Assembly: GCA_964016885.1 (NCBI GenBank) | Contig: OZ024743.1 | Coordinates: 250,976,001-251,040,000, forward strand | Direction of reading: 5' to 3' | Length of the DNA: 64,000 bases | From: Eledone cirrhosa | Taxonomy: Eukaryota | Shown: positions 14,270 to 28,110 of the stretch, piece by piece | Numbering within the stretch: position 1 is the stretch's first letter | Layout of the letters: every line of letters begins with the position of its first letter | Notes under the pieces: model-generated | Told to the model about the DNA's origin: nothing | What the model saw: only the letters and a program-made list of their open reading frames with translations | Database searches by the model: none | Made by a program: the position numbers and the translations under genes

Positions 14270-14930
14270 TACTGTTAACTTGGATGGCTTGTTCTTCTGT
14301 TGGGTTTTCTTGAAGCAGACCATCTTCCTTCCATGCAATCTCCTCATTTGGCTGCCTCTCGTAATTGCACTTCCATGTTTCTGTTTTCTCAGCATTAGTG
14401 ATGGCATGTGCACCACTGTCATTTCAGATATATTTCTCCTAGCAACATCTTGATTTTCCCTTGCAAACTACTTTGCAATTCTGAACACCTCATGCCTTTG
14501 GTCTCACAGTATGAAACATGTTAAAACTTCTTTCTTTCTCCTTCTCTTTTTGCTAATTGTACCTCTTCTAGCTTCTTGATACCCCAATTTAAAAGTCTTT
14601 CTATGCATGTTTATTAGATTTAATCACCTCATCCACCCGGCTATTCTACCATCATATCACCCTTTTTCAGCCCAGAGCCTTGCACCAGTGACATATCTCA
14701 TCTGTAGCAAGTCATCTCACAAGAACCTCCACAGCTGTCCAAAGCTTTAACTCATCTTCCTTACAGTCGTAAGAGTCAAGAAAGGCATCTCTCAATTTGT
14801 CCCCGGGTGAGAGCTCCTTCAATTTCCATGACTTTCTCCACCAAATTGCCTTCTACCTACATGTTATGTCTCTTAGCTTTGATTCTAATTTTGCTGATCA
14901 CAAAGTTATGTTGGGTTGTTACTCCTTCCC
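14270..14930 (-). mobile_element. Highly degraded non-LTR retrotransposon fragment, R4/Dong-like
   Basis: The minus strand gives remnants such as WKEDGLLQENPTEEQAIQ and a decayed GGRGL-like motif near 14620-14650, resembling the region after the RT in RLE-type LINEs. Confidence 0.35.
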
Positions 14931-15001
14931 AGGAAAGGGCCTTGTGTTCGCAACCAGTCTCTCTCTCTCTCTCACTCTCTCTCTCTCCCACTCTCCCTCT
15001 T

Positions 15002-15037
<36 letters not shown>

Positions 15038-15486
15038 GTTGGAACCTAATACCAACACTGTTCGTAACTGCACTCCTTGTAATTGTTTTTGTTTTTTACT
15101 TTGCCTATATATATTTATATATATATGTATATATATATATAATGTTAGTACAAAAATGGCTTCTACAGACAGGACTAGAACTGTTTCATTGAAAAGAAAT
15201 CATCAGTTCTAATCCTATAGAAGCTATTTCTATATCAAACATTGTTTACACTCTACTAATTCATTGAGTACCTTACTGTGATTACCCCCGATTGAATCCG
15301 AGACTCATATATATATATCTATTGGAAAATTGTGAGATCCTTGGTACAGTTAGGTATATTTGAAAAAACGAAAAGAATGACTTCACTTGTAGTGTTTTGA
15401 TTTAATTTTATAATATTATAATATCATAAAATTAAATCAACATTTTTTAACACTACAAGTGAAGTCATTCTTTTCATTTATTTCAA

Positions 15487-15518
<32 letters not shown>

Positions 15519-15521
15519 GTA

Positions 15522-16823
15522 CAGGGTGTGGACGATATTTGTTCGCAATTTTCAACTGCTAATTTTATGCAATATTTTTTTACTTCCGTTGTCACTCTTG
15601 TCTTCATAAAAACAGTGACTATATTTCCATTATATATTTTCAGAATAATTGATTATGAATAATTTTGAACCTCCATATTTGTGGAAGAGATACGGAGTTC
15701 TTCTTGGAATCTGCACCGGAAGGACAAATAATGAAATTTCAGACTTTCTCAGCGTCAGTAGGAGAATGGTGGAAAAGGTCAGAAAGGAATTGAAAGATTC
15801 AGGATTCGACTACGAAGCAACATCAAAGAGGAAAACACATGATCGACGATCTGACACCTTGGGAACATCCGAGTTCGTCGCTGAAGTTCAGGATATCATC
15901 AACAATGAACCTAGCAAGTCGATGCGTGCCATTGCAAGGGAAAAAGGCGTGGATGAAAAGCTCATTAGGCTGGTGGTACATGAAGACATTCGCTACGTTT
16001 CATACAAGATGAGGAACGGAGAATTTCTGTAAAAGGCAATACAAGAAAAGCGACTGAAGCACGTAAAGAAGCTGATCAACAAGTTGAAACACCCACTGGA
16101 GCCAGACATGCTGTGGTTTTTCTCCGACAAGAAAAACTTCTGCCAAGACCAGAAGATCAATTCCCAGAACAACAGGTGGCTCGCTGTCTCATCCAGAGTT
16201 ATGCAGACAAAGTTTGCAGCAACAACATTGGTCTTAGGTGTCGTCAGCAGTCAAGGTGATGTCATGCCACCTCACTTCTTCCCTGAGGGCCTCAAGCTGA
16301 ACACCGATGGCTACATCTGCGTTCTAAGCGAGGTAGTAAAGCCCTGTATCAACCAGGTAGCTGCAGGTAGGCCGTACGTGTGGCAGCAAAAATCAGCACC
16401 CTGCCATACTAGCTGAAAGACCCAAGCCTGGCTGTCATAGAACTTCGTCGACCACACTTCACCTGACATCTTGCCTCCCAGCTCACCTTACTGCAACCCC
16501 CTAGACTTCTTTGTGTGGGGCGCAGTGGGACGAGACACCAACAGATCTAGCTGCAATAGGAAAGACGATCTGAAGGCCAGGATCACAAGTGCCTTTAGAG
16601 GCCTAAGTCGGGGAACAGTGACGAAGGCCTGTAGCCGGTTCCGAGGTCGCTTTGAGGCCGTTATCAAAGTCAATGGCAAATGGTGGGTTTATCGAGTGAG
16701 ATCAAAAGAACAAGTCATGAAGACAAACTGACCCAAGTTTGATAAATATATCTTAAAAAATAAAACTACTGTGTTATTTTTTCCTAGACAGTAATCTTGC
16801 GAACAAATATCGTCTGCCCCCTG
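15522..16823 (+). mobile_element. Tc1/mariner DNA transposon, DD37D (maT-type), full length but inactivated
   Basis: 27-bp TIRs cagggtgtggacgatatttgttcgcaa (15522) and ttgcgaacaaatatcgtctgccccctg (ends 16823), 3 mismatches, TA on the left. Motifs WFFSD, WQQ(K)SAPCH and SPYCNPLDFFVW, with 37 residues between the 2nd and 3rd catalytic positions. Confidence 0.93.
15655..16700 (+). pseudogene. DD37D transposase pseudogene
   Basis: ORFs 15649-16032, 16084-16416 and 16471-16731 lie in one frame separated by in-frame stops. HTH-like KSMRAIAREKGV; the second catalytic D is replaced by K. Confidence 0.9.
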
Positions 16824-17829
16824 TGTATATATGAACACAGTACTACACAGTGGGACTGAACCTGAACTCATTTGCTTATGGAGCAAACTCCTTAACCACA
16901 TGGCTATGCCTGTGTGAAATTTCACCAAAATAATATTCTCACTGTCTGTAGTCCATATGTCAGTACCAGATAAGATCTTACCGCAGAAATTTATAAGGCA
17001 TTCTTGTATTGGCAGTGACAGGCCTGCACTGAGAGATTCCTTTCCCTTTTATCTGTCTCTCTGTCTGTCTGCCTATATGTATGTTTGTTTGTCTATCTAT
17101 CTGTCTGTTTGCTTGTGTCTCTCTGGATATCTGTCTATATGTATGTATGTGTATATGTCAGTCAGTATGTCTGTATGTCTATATGCCTATCTGTATGTAT
17201 GTTTATATGTATGTATATCTATCTGTATATATGACAGTTATTCTACTGTATGGTATTGTATTCCAAGTATGAGAAATTGTACTGATCTATCTACCTATCT
17301 ATTAGATCACAGCTCCTGCTACTACCACTACTTCTGCTACTTCTTCTACTACCACTGCTACAACTATTGCTGTTGCTACTTCTGTTTCTACTACACTACT
17401 ATCACCACCATCACCATCACCACTACTACTACTATAATTATTGGCCTATGAGAAAAATCTCTTCTATGTTTCATCTTTCATTACAGAAATCCTGTACAAT
17501 TATCTGATAACATACCTATTCCTTTTCTTTTATTTCTGAATAACAGTTGCTCAAAGACAGCAACTAATTCCACCCCTCATCAACTCTACTAGTCTTTCTA
17601 ACAGTTGCTCAAGGATGTCAACTAATTCTACCCAATCTTTCTTACATCTTGACATAAGGTGAACATATTGTAGGAATATGTTCACACACAATGAAGCTTT
17701 CATGGCTGTGCCTCAGCATGGCCAATCAAATGATTGAAAACACAGTGAAAAAGAAAAAAATGATGATGCACCAGCATATATATGTGTGTGTGTGTGTGTG
17801 TGTATGCAAAAAGTAAACAACACAGTGAA

Positions 17830-19250
17830 ATAAAGAAATATATTAGTTAAGCGTTTGATATAGTAGGAAAAGAGTCTTTACGTTTCAGACATTAGTCCTT
17901 CATCAAATAAAAGATGAAATAGAAAGATATAGAGTGGGAAGAGAAAAGAAAGGGAAAACAATATTTCTGAGAAAAAACACGTTTGCATTCAGTCAACCAT
18001 TTTGGAGAAGTGCTGGGCAGTGGGTATATTTGGTATTAGAGAGGTTTTGAAAGGAAGGTAATAATTGTATATTTTGAGTGGAGGTGTGTATTTAAGTTTG
18101 TTCATTGGTTTGTGCAAAAGTTTAAGGGAAGGAAGGGAATTGGACCATTATGGGACTGGCTGCTGCGAGAGTGTCGAGATATGAGTCAGTGTGAATGCAA
18201 GAGGTACAAGCACACATGCACCCTGAAGTGAGAGCACTGGGATGTGTGTGTCGGTGGTGTGTGATGGGACATATATGCATACTTGTATGCACATGCACAT
18301 ATGCATCAGAATCTGTAGGGAAGAGAGATAGTATTATAATGACCAAGGATGCAGATGTATGTGTATATGGTGCAACTGTATGCGTGTGTATGCAGGTTGT
18401 GTGCATGGAGAGCTACATATTGTGTGTGGTGAGACTGAGGGGTCTGATAGGGCAGATATGCATGTGTGGGTATAAGAATATGAGGGTTATGTGAGAGCAA
18501 AGGTATATATATGTGATAGGTTGTATATATGGGTGTTGTGAATATGACAATGTATTGTGTGGTGGCTGGAGTTATGTGTGTGTATGTGCATGTGTTTATG
18601 TGTGTGAGTAAGGATAAAGAGAGGTTAAAGGATCTGGGGTGGGGGCACTGAGTTTATTTGGGAAAGTAGTTCCAATGTGAAGAATATAGTTCTGCTTGGT
18701 CTTGTTGTGATGACTGTTGAGTAGAGCAGCAGGTGGAATGGAAGTAATGAGCAACATTGGTATCTTATCCAAGTTGTATGTCCCTCTGGTGTTAGGTTAA
18801 TCAGTCCATCAAATTGTGGCCTGTTTGTTCAATGTATATGAACCTACAAAGGAATACTGAAGGGTATAAATATCACTATTAGAGGTGTAGATGAAGAAGT
18901 AGCAAATGCAAAAGAATGCTTCATACCTGTGAGAGTAGTGAGGCTGATTATGTAGGGACAGCTATTACAGCAGGAGTGAGAGCAGGATCAGGAGCCATGG
19001 GCAGTCTTAGAGGAGAAGAAGGACCCGTGTACAAGAAAGTTATGGAGATTACAGGTATGCTTAAAGGTAGTAACATGTAAGATAGGACAGATGCAAGAAG
19101 TGACAAATTCAGAAAGGAAGGTTCAGAATCAATGAAGGATACGGTACCACAGAGTAGGGTGATAGATGGTAGGGGAGGGGAAAAGAAAGTGGATCTTAGG
19201 AGAGGGGCTGTCCTGGTGTAAGAGGGCTGCTGAGCAGTCAGTATCATAGT
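17830..19250 (-). mobile_element. Degraded Penelope-like element 3' portion (GIY-YIG remnant, 3' UTR, decayed hammerhead)
   Basis: Minus strand 18640-18900 reads FIYTSNSDIYTLQYSF..FIYIEQTGHNLMD*LT*HQRD ... QNYILHIGTTFPNKL, matching the PLE GIY-YIG pattern. A hammerhead-like motif lies at 17876-17913. Confidence 0.6.
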
Positions 19251-19714
19251 AGTAGATAAGAGCTGTTTAGATCAATGTGTCTGTGATTTTGTTAGTGCTT
19301 ACATTTATGTGTGTGTCTGTATTTATGCCCCCTAACAAGTAGTACAACAAAAAGTAATCAATAAAATAAGTACCAGACTGGAAAAAGAAAAATGAAGCAG
19401 TAAGGCTGATATTTTTGGTTAAATCCTTTCAAGATGGTGCTCCAGTATGGCCATAATCTAATGCCTGAAACCAGGAAATACAATATACTCGTAAGATTAA
19501 TAGAATAAATGAAATGGCTGATTCTAATCTATTTTCTTGTTTTTCGCAACAGGAAAAGCATATTTCTGAAGATTTTTCTCGGTTGTTTTTTTTCCCAGGA
19601 ATTTTGGTTGTGGAGGATAACATCTTTGTCATTCAGTAAGTTTAGAATTAAGCTTGGAAGATTTTTTGTTGTTTTTTAATATGAGTGTGGGGTTGTAGTT
19701 GTTGTTTTCACACA

Positions 19715-21605
19715 GCATCGGACAATATGCTTCACAGTATAGAGTTGCAGCCGTTTAAGCTCTGAGTTCAAATCCCACCAAAGTTAGCTTTGCGTTTCAT
19801 CCTTACGAGGTTGATAAAATAAAGTACCAGTAATGCACAGGGGTCGATTTAATCGACTTTCCCCTCCTCCTTCAAATTGCTGGCCTTCTGCCTAAAGTAG
19901 AAACAATTATTATTATCACTATTTGGACAGTGTTGGCAGAATTGGTAGAGTATCAGACAAAATGATATGCCGTATTTATATAAAACTTTCTAAATTCAGA
20001 GTTCTAATCCTGCCGATGTCAACTTTGCCTTCTGATGTTGATAAAATAAAATACCAGTTAAATCCTGGGGTCAATATAACCAACTCCCTCTTCCCCCAAA
20101 TTGCTGGCCTTGTGCCAATGTTAGAAAGAAATAATTATTAGGACAGAAGATTGGCAGAATCAACAGAGTGACACTCAAAATGCTTTGTGGTATTTATTTA
20201 CAAACCTTTACATTCTGTGTTTTACTTTACATCATTCCAGGGTTAATAAAATAAAGTTCCAATCAGGTACTGGGGTCAAATAGAAGACTTTCCCCACTCC
20301 CTTGAAATGCTGACCTTGTGTTTAAATTAGAAATTATTATTAGGTGCAATGGAGGGCGGTGGAATGGCAGAATCAGTAGAGTGCCAGACACCCTGCTTTG
20401 CAGCATTGAGTTACAGCCCTTTACATTCTAAGTTCGAATCCCACTGATCATAGCTTTGTCTTTCATGCTTACAGGGTCAATAAAATAAAGCACCAGTAAT
20501 GCACTGGGGTTGATTTAAAAGACTTTCTTTCTCTCCCCAAATTGCTGGCCTTGTGCCTATAGTATCAATCATTACTAGGTGCAAAGGATTAGCAGAATCA
20601 TTAGAGAACTGAATAAATGCCTGGCCTTACATATTGAGACACTTTATGATTTGAGTTCAAATACTGACAAGGTTAGTTAAGTCTTTTATCTTTGGAGGTC
20701 AATAAAGTAAAGCACTAATCAAATATCTGAGTTGATAATATCAACCTCCCTCTCCCACCAAAATTGCTGTCAGTATGCCTGAATTAGAAACCATTATTAC
20801 TGTTTCCCGCCGAGGTTGACTTTGCCTTTCATCCTTACGGGGTCGATAATAAAGTACCAGTAATGCACTGGGTAATTGCTGGCCTTGTGCCTGAAGTAGA
20901 AACAATTATTACTGTTTCCAGCTCTGAGTTCAAATCCCGCCGAGGTTAACTTTGCCTGTCATCCTTACGGGGTCGATAAAATAAAGTACCAGTAATACAC
21001 TGGTTAATTGCTGGCCTTGTGCCAAAAAGTAGAGACAATTATTAGTTTCCAGCATAGTTACGTCCCTTTACGATCTGAGTTCAAATCCCGCCGAGGTTGA
21101 CTTTGCCTTTCATCCTTACGGGGTCGATAAAATAAAGTACCAGTAATGTACTGGGTAATTGCTGGCCTTGTGCCTAAAGTAGAAACAATTATTACTGTTA
21201 TAAGGGCGGTGAATTGGCAGTATTGGTAGAGAGTCGGACGCCATGCTTTGCAGCAAAGAGTTACGGCCCTTTATGGTCTGAGTTCAAATCCCGCCGAGGT
21301 TAACTTTACCTTTCATCCTTACGGGGTCGATAAAATAAAGTACCAGTAATGTACTGGGTAATTGCTGGCCTTGTGCCTAAAGTAGAAACAATTATTACTG
21401 TTATAAGGGCGGTGAATTGGCAGTATTGGTAGAGAGTCGAACGCCATGCTTTGCAGCAAAGAGTTACGGCCCTTTATGGTCTGAGTTCAAATCCCGCCGA
21501 GGTTAACTTTACCTTTCATCCTTACGGGGTCGATAAAATAAAGTACCAGTAATGTACTGGGTAATTGCTGGCCTTGTGCCAAAAGTAGAAACAATTATTA
21601 CTGTT
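19715..21605 (+). mobile_element. Head-to-tail array of ~10 tRNA-derived SINE copies (MetaSINE-like core)
   Basis: A box tggcagtattgg, B box gagttcaaatcc, core gcctttcatccttacggggtcgataaaataaagtaccag, tail gtagaaacaattatta. The motif ctgagttcaaatcccg recurs at 21075, 21278 and 21481 (203-bp period). Confidence 0.92.
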
Positions 21606-21838
21606 ATTAGTAGTATATTTTTACTTTGTTTTTAATGTGTCCTCCCCCAAAAAGAATTGAAGTTAATATGATATAATATATAATAGTTTAATTTGAATAA
21701 AACAGTTGGCTGTAAATATTAAACATACAACAAAATAATGCTTTAACAAGATACACACACACACACACACATATATATGTATATATATATATATACACAT
21801 AGATATACATTATACGTGTGTGTGTGTGTATATATATA

Positions 21839-21909
<71 letters not shown>

Positions 21910-21913
<4 letters not shown>

Positions 21914-22484
21914 CAATTTAAAAATTAAAAAATATATGATCAACACTACTGTGTTTTTTTGCAAAATGACAATAATTTTTTAGCCAGATAGAAATACCTT
22001 AATTCAAGTACATATAGTCGGTCTGTATCGATCTAGAGAATTTTAAATATTAAATCTATGCTTACAGACGTAAAATGGCAACTGCCTGGTGCTTAGACAA
22101 GTTTAAATTTCAAAATTCAAACCTTTTCAGCAGATCGGGCGGAACTTCAAAACATAAACCTGTTTCACAAGGGATGTTATACTAATGAAATAATTAATTA
22201 ATTACGGAACAACTATTTATAAAATAATTATTAGTGAAGTAATAAATTTTCTGTGATCTTCGGTAGGCACCTAGAAATTAAAATCACTTCTCCTAAGATA
22301 ATATCTTAAGACTGATCTGTCGCAAGCCTAATACATATGCTTTTGCACACGACCTTCTCACCATTCTGGCTCATATCCATGGCGCTAGAAATAACAGCCG
22401 TGAATATGTGATTATGAATTCAGCTCAACCGAAGGAGCAGATAATTTTCTTAGAGCTTAATATTTGTAAATGACTACTAAACTG

Positions 22485-22490
<6 letters not shown>
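21910..22490. mobile_element. (TA)n-flanked PLE-derived fragment related to the 61795-62450 fold-back
   Basis: Shares tttaaatttcaaaattcaaacct (minus strand reads ..KGLNFEI*) and gagcttaat..ttgtaaatgact with 61950-62435. Confidence 0.55.
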
Positions 22491-22559
<69 letters not shown>

Positions 22560-22610
22560 GTGTGTGTGTGTATATATACACACACACACAAACACACACA
22601 TGCATATATA

Positions 22611-22674
<64 letters not shown>

Positions 22675-23229
22675 GTATATATATATATACATGTGTGTGT
22701 GTGTGTGTATATATACACACACACACACATGTGTATAATGATCAAATGTGTAATAACATCAAATGCTCCCATCTACTACATTGGTTTCCGATCACAGAAC
22801 CACAAGGCCTTCCCCTCCTACTAAAATGTTATGGCAGAGTTTCCTTGATGGCATAAAGGATATTCAGGAAGTTGTTTGGGGACATAATAGCTATATGAAA
22901 TATATCAATTCTTAAAGTAGGTGTAAGCAGAGTAAGGAGGACAGGCGGAGTGAATATGGTAGTGGGGTGGTTATAATTAATTTTACAGCTGAAGTTGCTA
23001 GAATTTTGTAGTCTTCTTTTGTTATTGGAAGTAAGAACTGAAATTAGAATTGGTCTGGCATTGGGTTATTCTTTTTATTGTATTTCATTTTTCTCTCTGT
23101 TTTTCTCAAGCTGGTGGGAATTACTTTTGAAGAATATTTTATTTTATTCTGAATATATTCACACACAACAGTAAGAAACAGAGGTAAAAAAATATCTGTA
23201 AACTAGTTGGAGAAAACTCTTCTGTTTAT

Positions 23230-23385
23230 TATATGGTTGTGTAGTCAAAGAATTTGTTTCAGAACTATATGGTTTCGGATTCAGTCTTTCTGTATGATGA
23301 GACTTTGGGCAATTGTCTTCTACTGTAGCCTTGGGTTGACTAATGACTTGCAGGTGAAATTTTGTAGGCGCGTCTTGTGTGTATC
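23230..23385 (+). mobile_element. Old tRNA-derived SINE, second family; another copy at ~16825-16930 on the minus strand
   Basis: tggttgtgtagtcaaagaa ... ggattcagtc ... ctttgggcaattgtcttctactgtagccttggg, a decayed A/B-box head and body. Confidence 0.55.
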
Positions 23386-24832
23386 AACAAAAAATGCGCA
23401 CACACCTCCACATTTACCTTAACAGCTCTGTACACGCACACACTCCCTTATATACACACACTTTTGCTCACACACACACTCTTTTACTGACATACACACA
23501 CACATATCCTCTTAGCTATGTATGGATGTATAATAACATGCACACATACACGTATATCCATGCGCACACGTACAGCTCTATATACAAAACAGTTTTTTCC
23601 CATTTCAGATAGATGCACTCCATTATCACATTTTCGAAAAAAGTATATCATACACAAAACACTAGCATCAACAAGTTTCCAAGAGATGACAACATGAAAC
23701 GACTTGTCATCTTCCTATAAGAACATTTTTTTTTCTGTTTCTGCCCTACCGGTCTCCTCAGTCTTTCTATTTCTTCTTTAATTTCTCATTCTTTCCTCTG
23801 ATGAAAGACTAGCATCCAAAACATTAGGATCTTTCCTACTATATCAAGTGTAAAACCAATAATATATTTCTTGATTGTACTGTGGCATTTGTCTTGTTAT
23901 TTCTGTTTGCCTTTTGCATACTTATACGTATATATATACATATATATATATATGCCTCTAACAATTCGATGGACATCTGCTATAGTGCAGCTGCAACTTC
24001 GATTTATATATATATATATATAGTTAGACAGACATACACCCACCAACACACACATATATACATATATATCATCATCATCATTTATTATCTGTTTTCCCTG
24101 CCAGCAGGGGTTAGACAGGTCATTATGGGTCAAGTCAGTCCTTAATTGGTGATACTGAAATCTCAGATGGGCCGGGGGCCACATTTCATTCCTATAATTT
24201 CACAGATTGTATTGGATGCATTTTATCATGCACTAGCGTGGCTGTCATGCCTTTTGAGATGACTGAAGAACCCTCCTGCCCCTTTATTTGGCATGTTTTC
24301 TATGGCTAGATGCCCTTCCTTTCATCAACCACTTTACAGGATCTAAACACAAGAGAGGTTTTGTATTCTTGACACAATTGTAGAGAACCCTGAACTTTCA
24401 TTTTGGTATGGATCTACAGTTGAATAATTATCAATCACTTTACAAGTAGAATGGTAGAAGACAAGGATGGTTTCTGGCAGAAGAGAGTGTGATAGTTGTT
24501 ACAGCTCACACATATGCAGGTTTAATTGTTCTCCAATGGTGTTGCATCTCCTAGGAGGTTTCTTGGGTGTTTTAATGAATGAGAGGTTAAGTTGACCATG
24601 GCAAGATTTAAACTTAGAACACAAGGAGCCTTAATAAAGTATTTTGTCTGATGTTCTAATGTCTCAGCTAATTTCTGTGTGTGTGTTTGAGAGAGTGTGA
24701 GAGAAAGGTAGAGAGTGGGAAAGAGAGAGTGGGAAAGAGAAAGTGGATGATGGAGAGTGGGGATAAAAGAGAGTAGCCAACATGTGTGACATGTGGAACA
24801 AAGAAATGAGTGAGGGTGAGAAAATGAATGTA

Positions 24833-24901
<69 letters not shown>

Positions 24902-25494
24902 AACAGGAAGAAAAGAAAGAAACCATTAGAGAAAGATGGATGGAGGGAAAGAGAGAAAGAGAGTGAGGGAAGGGAGAGAGAATGGGTGGGAGAGAGGGAA
25001 AGAAAGAAGGAGGAGAATTCTAATGGGAGAGAAACTTGACCATGGAAGTTCCTAAAGTTGAATTAAATCTCTGATATGTCAATGACATGAACAGATGACT
25101 TGTACAGTTGACAGACAGAAATATTTAGAAAACGATTAAAAAGCAAGAAAAAAAGCATAGAATGATACTAAAATAGATAAGAAGTTTCAAAAATAGTCTT
25201 AACTCTTTCAGTACCAGCCTGCATGAAATCACTTCTAGTTTTATTATGCAAAACTGTCCTTGTTAAAGTGTTTATATTGAAATTAAACATTTCATTACCT
25301 TATTTCTAATGAAAAGATATCATCATTATTATAATCATTGTTTAACAATGATGATGATAATTATGAGTTTTCATTAGAAATAGATGATTTAAATTGTTTA
25401 ATGATAATGGAGATGATGGTGATGTTTTCTCATTAGAAATATGTTATCAAAGGTTAAATTTAAGACACCTATAATTTTCAAATATTAATGAAAG

Positions 25495-26150
25495 AGACCT
25501 CATCATTTTAGCAGGTCACTTCAAAGGACATGTTGGACCATACCAGAATGGAGTCAGTGGAGTTCACGGTGATTATTGTTTTGGCTCAAGAAATGAGGGA
25601 TTGAGGCTCCTGGAATTCAGTGATGCTAATGAACTAACCATTTGCAACACAAATTTCAGGAAACCAGCTAGCCATCTGATCACATATCAATCAGCTGAAA
25701 ATACAAGCTGATTTCTTGCTTGTATGACAATGAGATAGACGAACAGTAATAAATGCTAAGGCCTTCCCTGGGGAAAGAATGTGTTGTCCAACACAAGTTA
25801 GTTATTAATGACATTAGGATAAATGCAAGATAGAACAAGATACCCAGAAAATATGGAGATGGAAGGTTTGGAAGTAAAGGACCTTTCTGTTAAATAAAGG
25901 TTTACAAATGCCCTACAGGTTGTATTTGATGAAAAGAGAAATGAGTTAGATTCATTTAACATAGATGACAATTGGAAAGTCTTATGTGATAACTTTTTGT
26001 GAACTACTGACGAGACTTGTGACTGGAGCAAAGCACCAGCCAGACAGAAGGTGGACTTGTAGTGGAACAGAACAGTGGATAGTGCCATTAAAGCCAAGAG
26101 ACAGGTATGGAAAGACTGGAAAAATGGGGGTAGCAGAGACCAGTATTTTT
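25495..26150 (+). mobile_element. Degraded RTE-clade LINE, AP-endonuclease region
   Basis: Reads AGHFKGHVG..GVHG..GSRNE..RLLEFSDANELTICNTNFRKPASHLITYQS, the GDFNGHVG-type APE motifs, with many stops and frameshifts. Confidence 0.75.
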
Positions 26151-27214
26151 AGATAAATATAATACTTTAAAATAAAGAGCTTTGTATGATAAAACCAAAA
26201 GCAATTACAAAAGGGGTTAACAAAATTTCTTACATACAATTATGATATAAGGTGTTTTGATGAATATAAATAATTTAAAATAAACAGAACCTTGTGGTGA
26301 GGTTCAGGTGGGTTGGTATCTAAAGGACTAAAACAAAGTTGTGGGTTTAATTATCATTGTGTTCTTAAGCAAGACACTTCATTTCTCATTATACAGTCGA
26401 ATCAGCTGAAAAAATGAATACCAGCAGCAGGTGGAATTGATCTTGTAACATACTACCAACTGATCCCAGAAAGAGTCTTGTATTCTCAGTTGCTTAATAG
26501 CACAGGAAACCTGGATAAGCTTTATTTTGATGAGTCTCTGGACTTGGGACAGACTTTAACTTTTAAAACCATATCCTTGAATGTTGTAGGAGGTGACTAT
26601 AAAAATTTGCATAAACAAGGGCATCTAGCCATAAAATACTGCCTCAAAATTTCCTGTTCAACTCATGGTAGCATGGAAAAGTATTCATGAAAACAATGAT
26701 GACTGTCGTTGGTTCTAGCATAGTAGCAAATATGAGAAATGAGGGCAGTTGATTATATTGACCCCCAGATTTCACTGGTACTTTATATTAGCAATTCTGG
26801 AAAGACAAAAGTTATAGTTGACATAGGTGCAATTTGAACTCAGAATGTGACGAGCAAAAATAAATATTGCAAAACAGAAGATTCTGCCAAATTCACTGCC
26901 CACCTCTGGCTGATCAATCAAAAATGGTTGTGAATTGAATTAAATAAATAATTTACTAGTTTTGAATGAAGATTTTTGAGTTTCAATTTTCAAATGATGT
27001 ATGCAATGCAGCTAAAGACTGCTCCAAAGGAGCTGTTCCCAATTTGTTGTTCATGGACTTCTAGGAGATCCACAAAAGCAGTATAGAAGGACCACGAGCT
27101 AAGTTTAATAGTTCAAGAGATTGAGATTGCAGTGTAAAATGTATATTAATCATGATTAGGCTTATTAAAATATTCTTCTTCCTTCTCCTTCTTATCGATA
27201 AAAATACTGTTATT

Positions 27215-28110
27215 TTAACCCTTTTATTACCATATCTTAATAAAATGATTTTAAAATAATTTTGAAAATAATGAAGAATTTAGGGGAACTTAGTAATGAA
27301 ATTAACTTACTCATTATTATTTGGTATTGGGAACATAACATGAACATTCTTACATAAAATTGTGGGAAGGTTTTTAAATAGACAGAAATACTTTAACCTT
27401 TCCAATGCCATATTTTTTATAAAATATTAATTTGTAGGAATTTGTATTTGTTTCTACAAATTTCTACAAATTTCATACTTGATGACCCAATACATGGCCT
27501 ACATGTATCAATTAAATTAAAAAATTTGAAGAATTTAATGAGATAACTACCATGCTATTTAAATAAGCTGATGTTTGAAATAATACTTGACAAACATTTC
27601 TTAAATAAAATTATGATGAAAGGTTTTATTATAAGTGTAACTATATTAAAATTAGCAGTTTTGTATCATAAAACTAGAGCTGCTCAAGTGTGTTGGTTTC
27701 AAAAGAGTTCACGCTTTTAATACCATATTTCTAATAAAAGTCACTGCCTATGATTTAAAAAAAGTTTTGAAAATAATCAAGAATTTACTGTCTAACCCAT
27801 GCTAGCATGGAAGATAGACGTTAAACGATGATGATGATGATTAGAGGAGTATAGTAATATAACAAACTTTCTCCTTATTAAAGCTGGTAGTTAGAACATA
27901 ACTTAATAAAGGTTCTTTCATAAAATTATGATGAATATTTTTAGATAAACAAATTTACATTAAGCTTTTTCATTGCCATATTTCTATATTACTATATTTC
28001 CTATAGTATCAATTAAATTCGAAAAGTTGAAGAATTTAATGAAATAAGTAACATTCTGTTTAGTAAGTTGATTTTCTCAATTAATTTTGAAAATTATCAG
28101 GAATTTAGAA
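27215..28110 (+). repeat. About four tandem decayed copies of an AT-rich TTAA-CCCT-type MITE-like repeat
   Basis: Recurrent ttaaccctt..ccatattt, ttgaaaataatgaagaattt and aaaattatgatga motifs at ~27215, 27393, 27712 and 27960; one copy is interrupted by a SINE tail at 27790-27842. Confidence 0.5.

Noticed and set aside
21205-21300. tRNA gene
   Set aside because: A and B boxes are present but there is no cloverleaf; it is a SINE head.
19715-21605. CRISPR-like array
   Set aside because: Units are ~200-bp SINEs with Pol III boxes. There are no unique spacers and no cas genes, and the context is eukaryotic.
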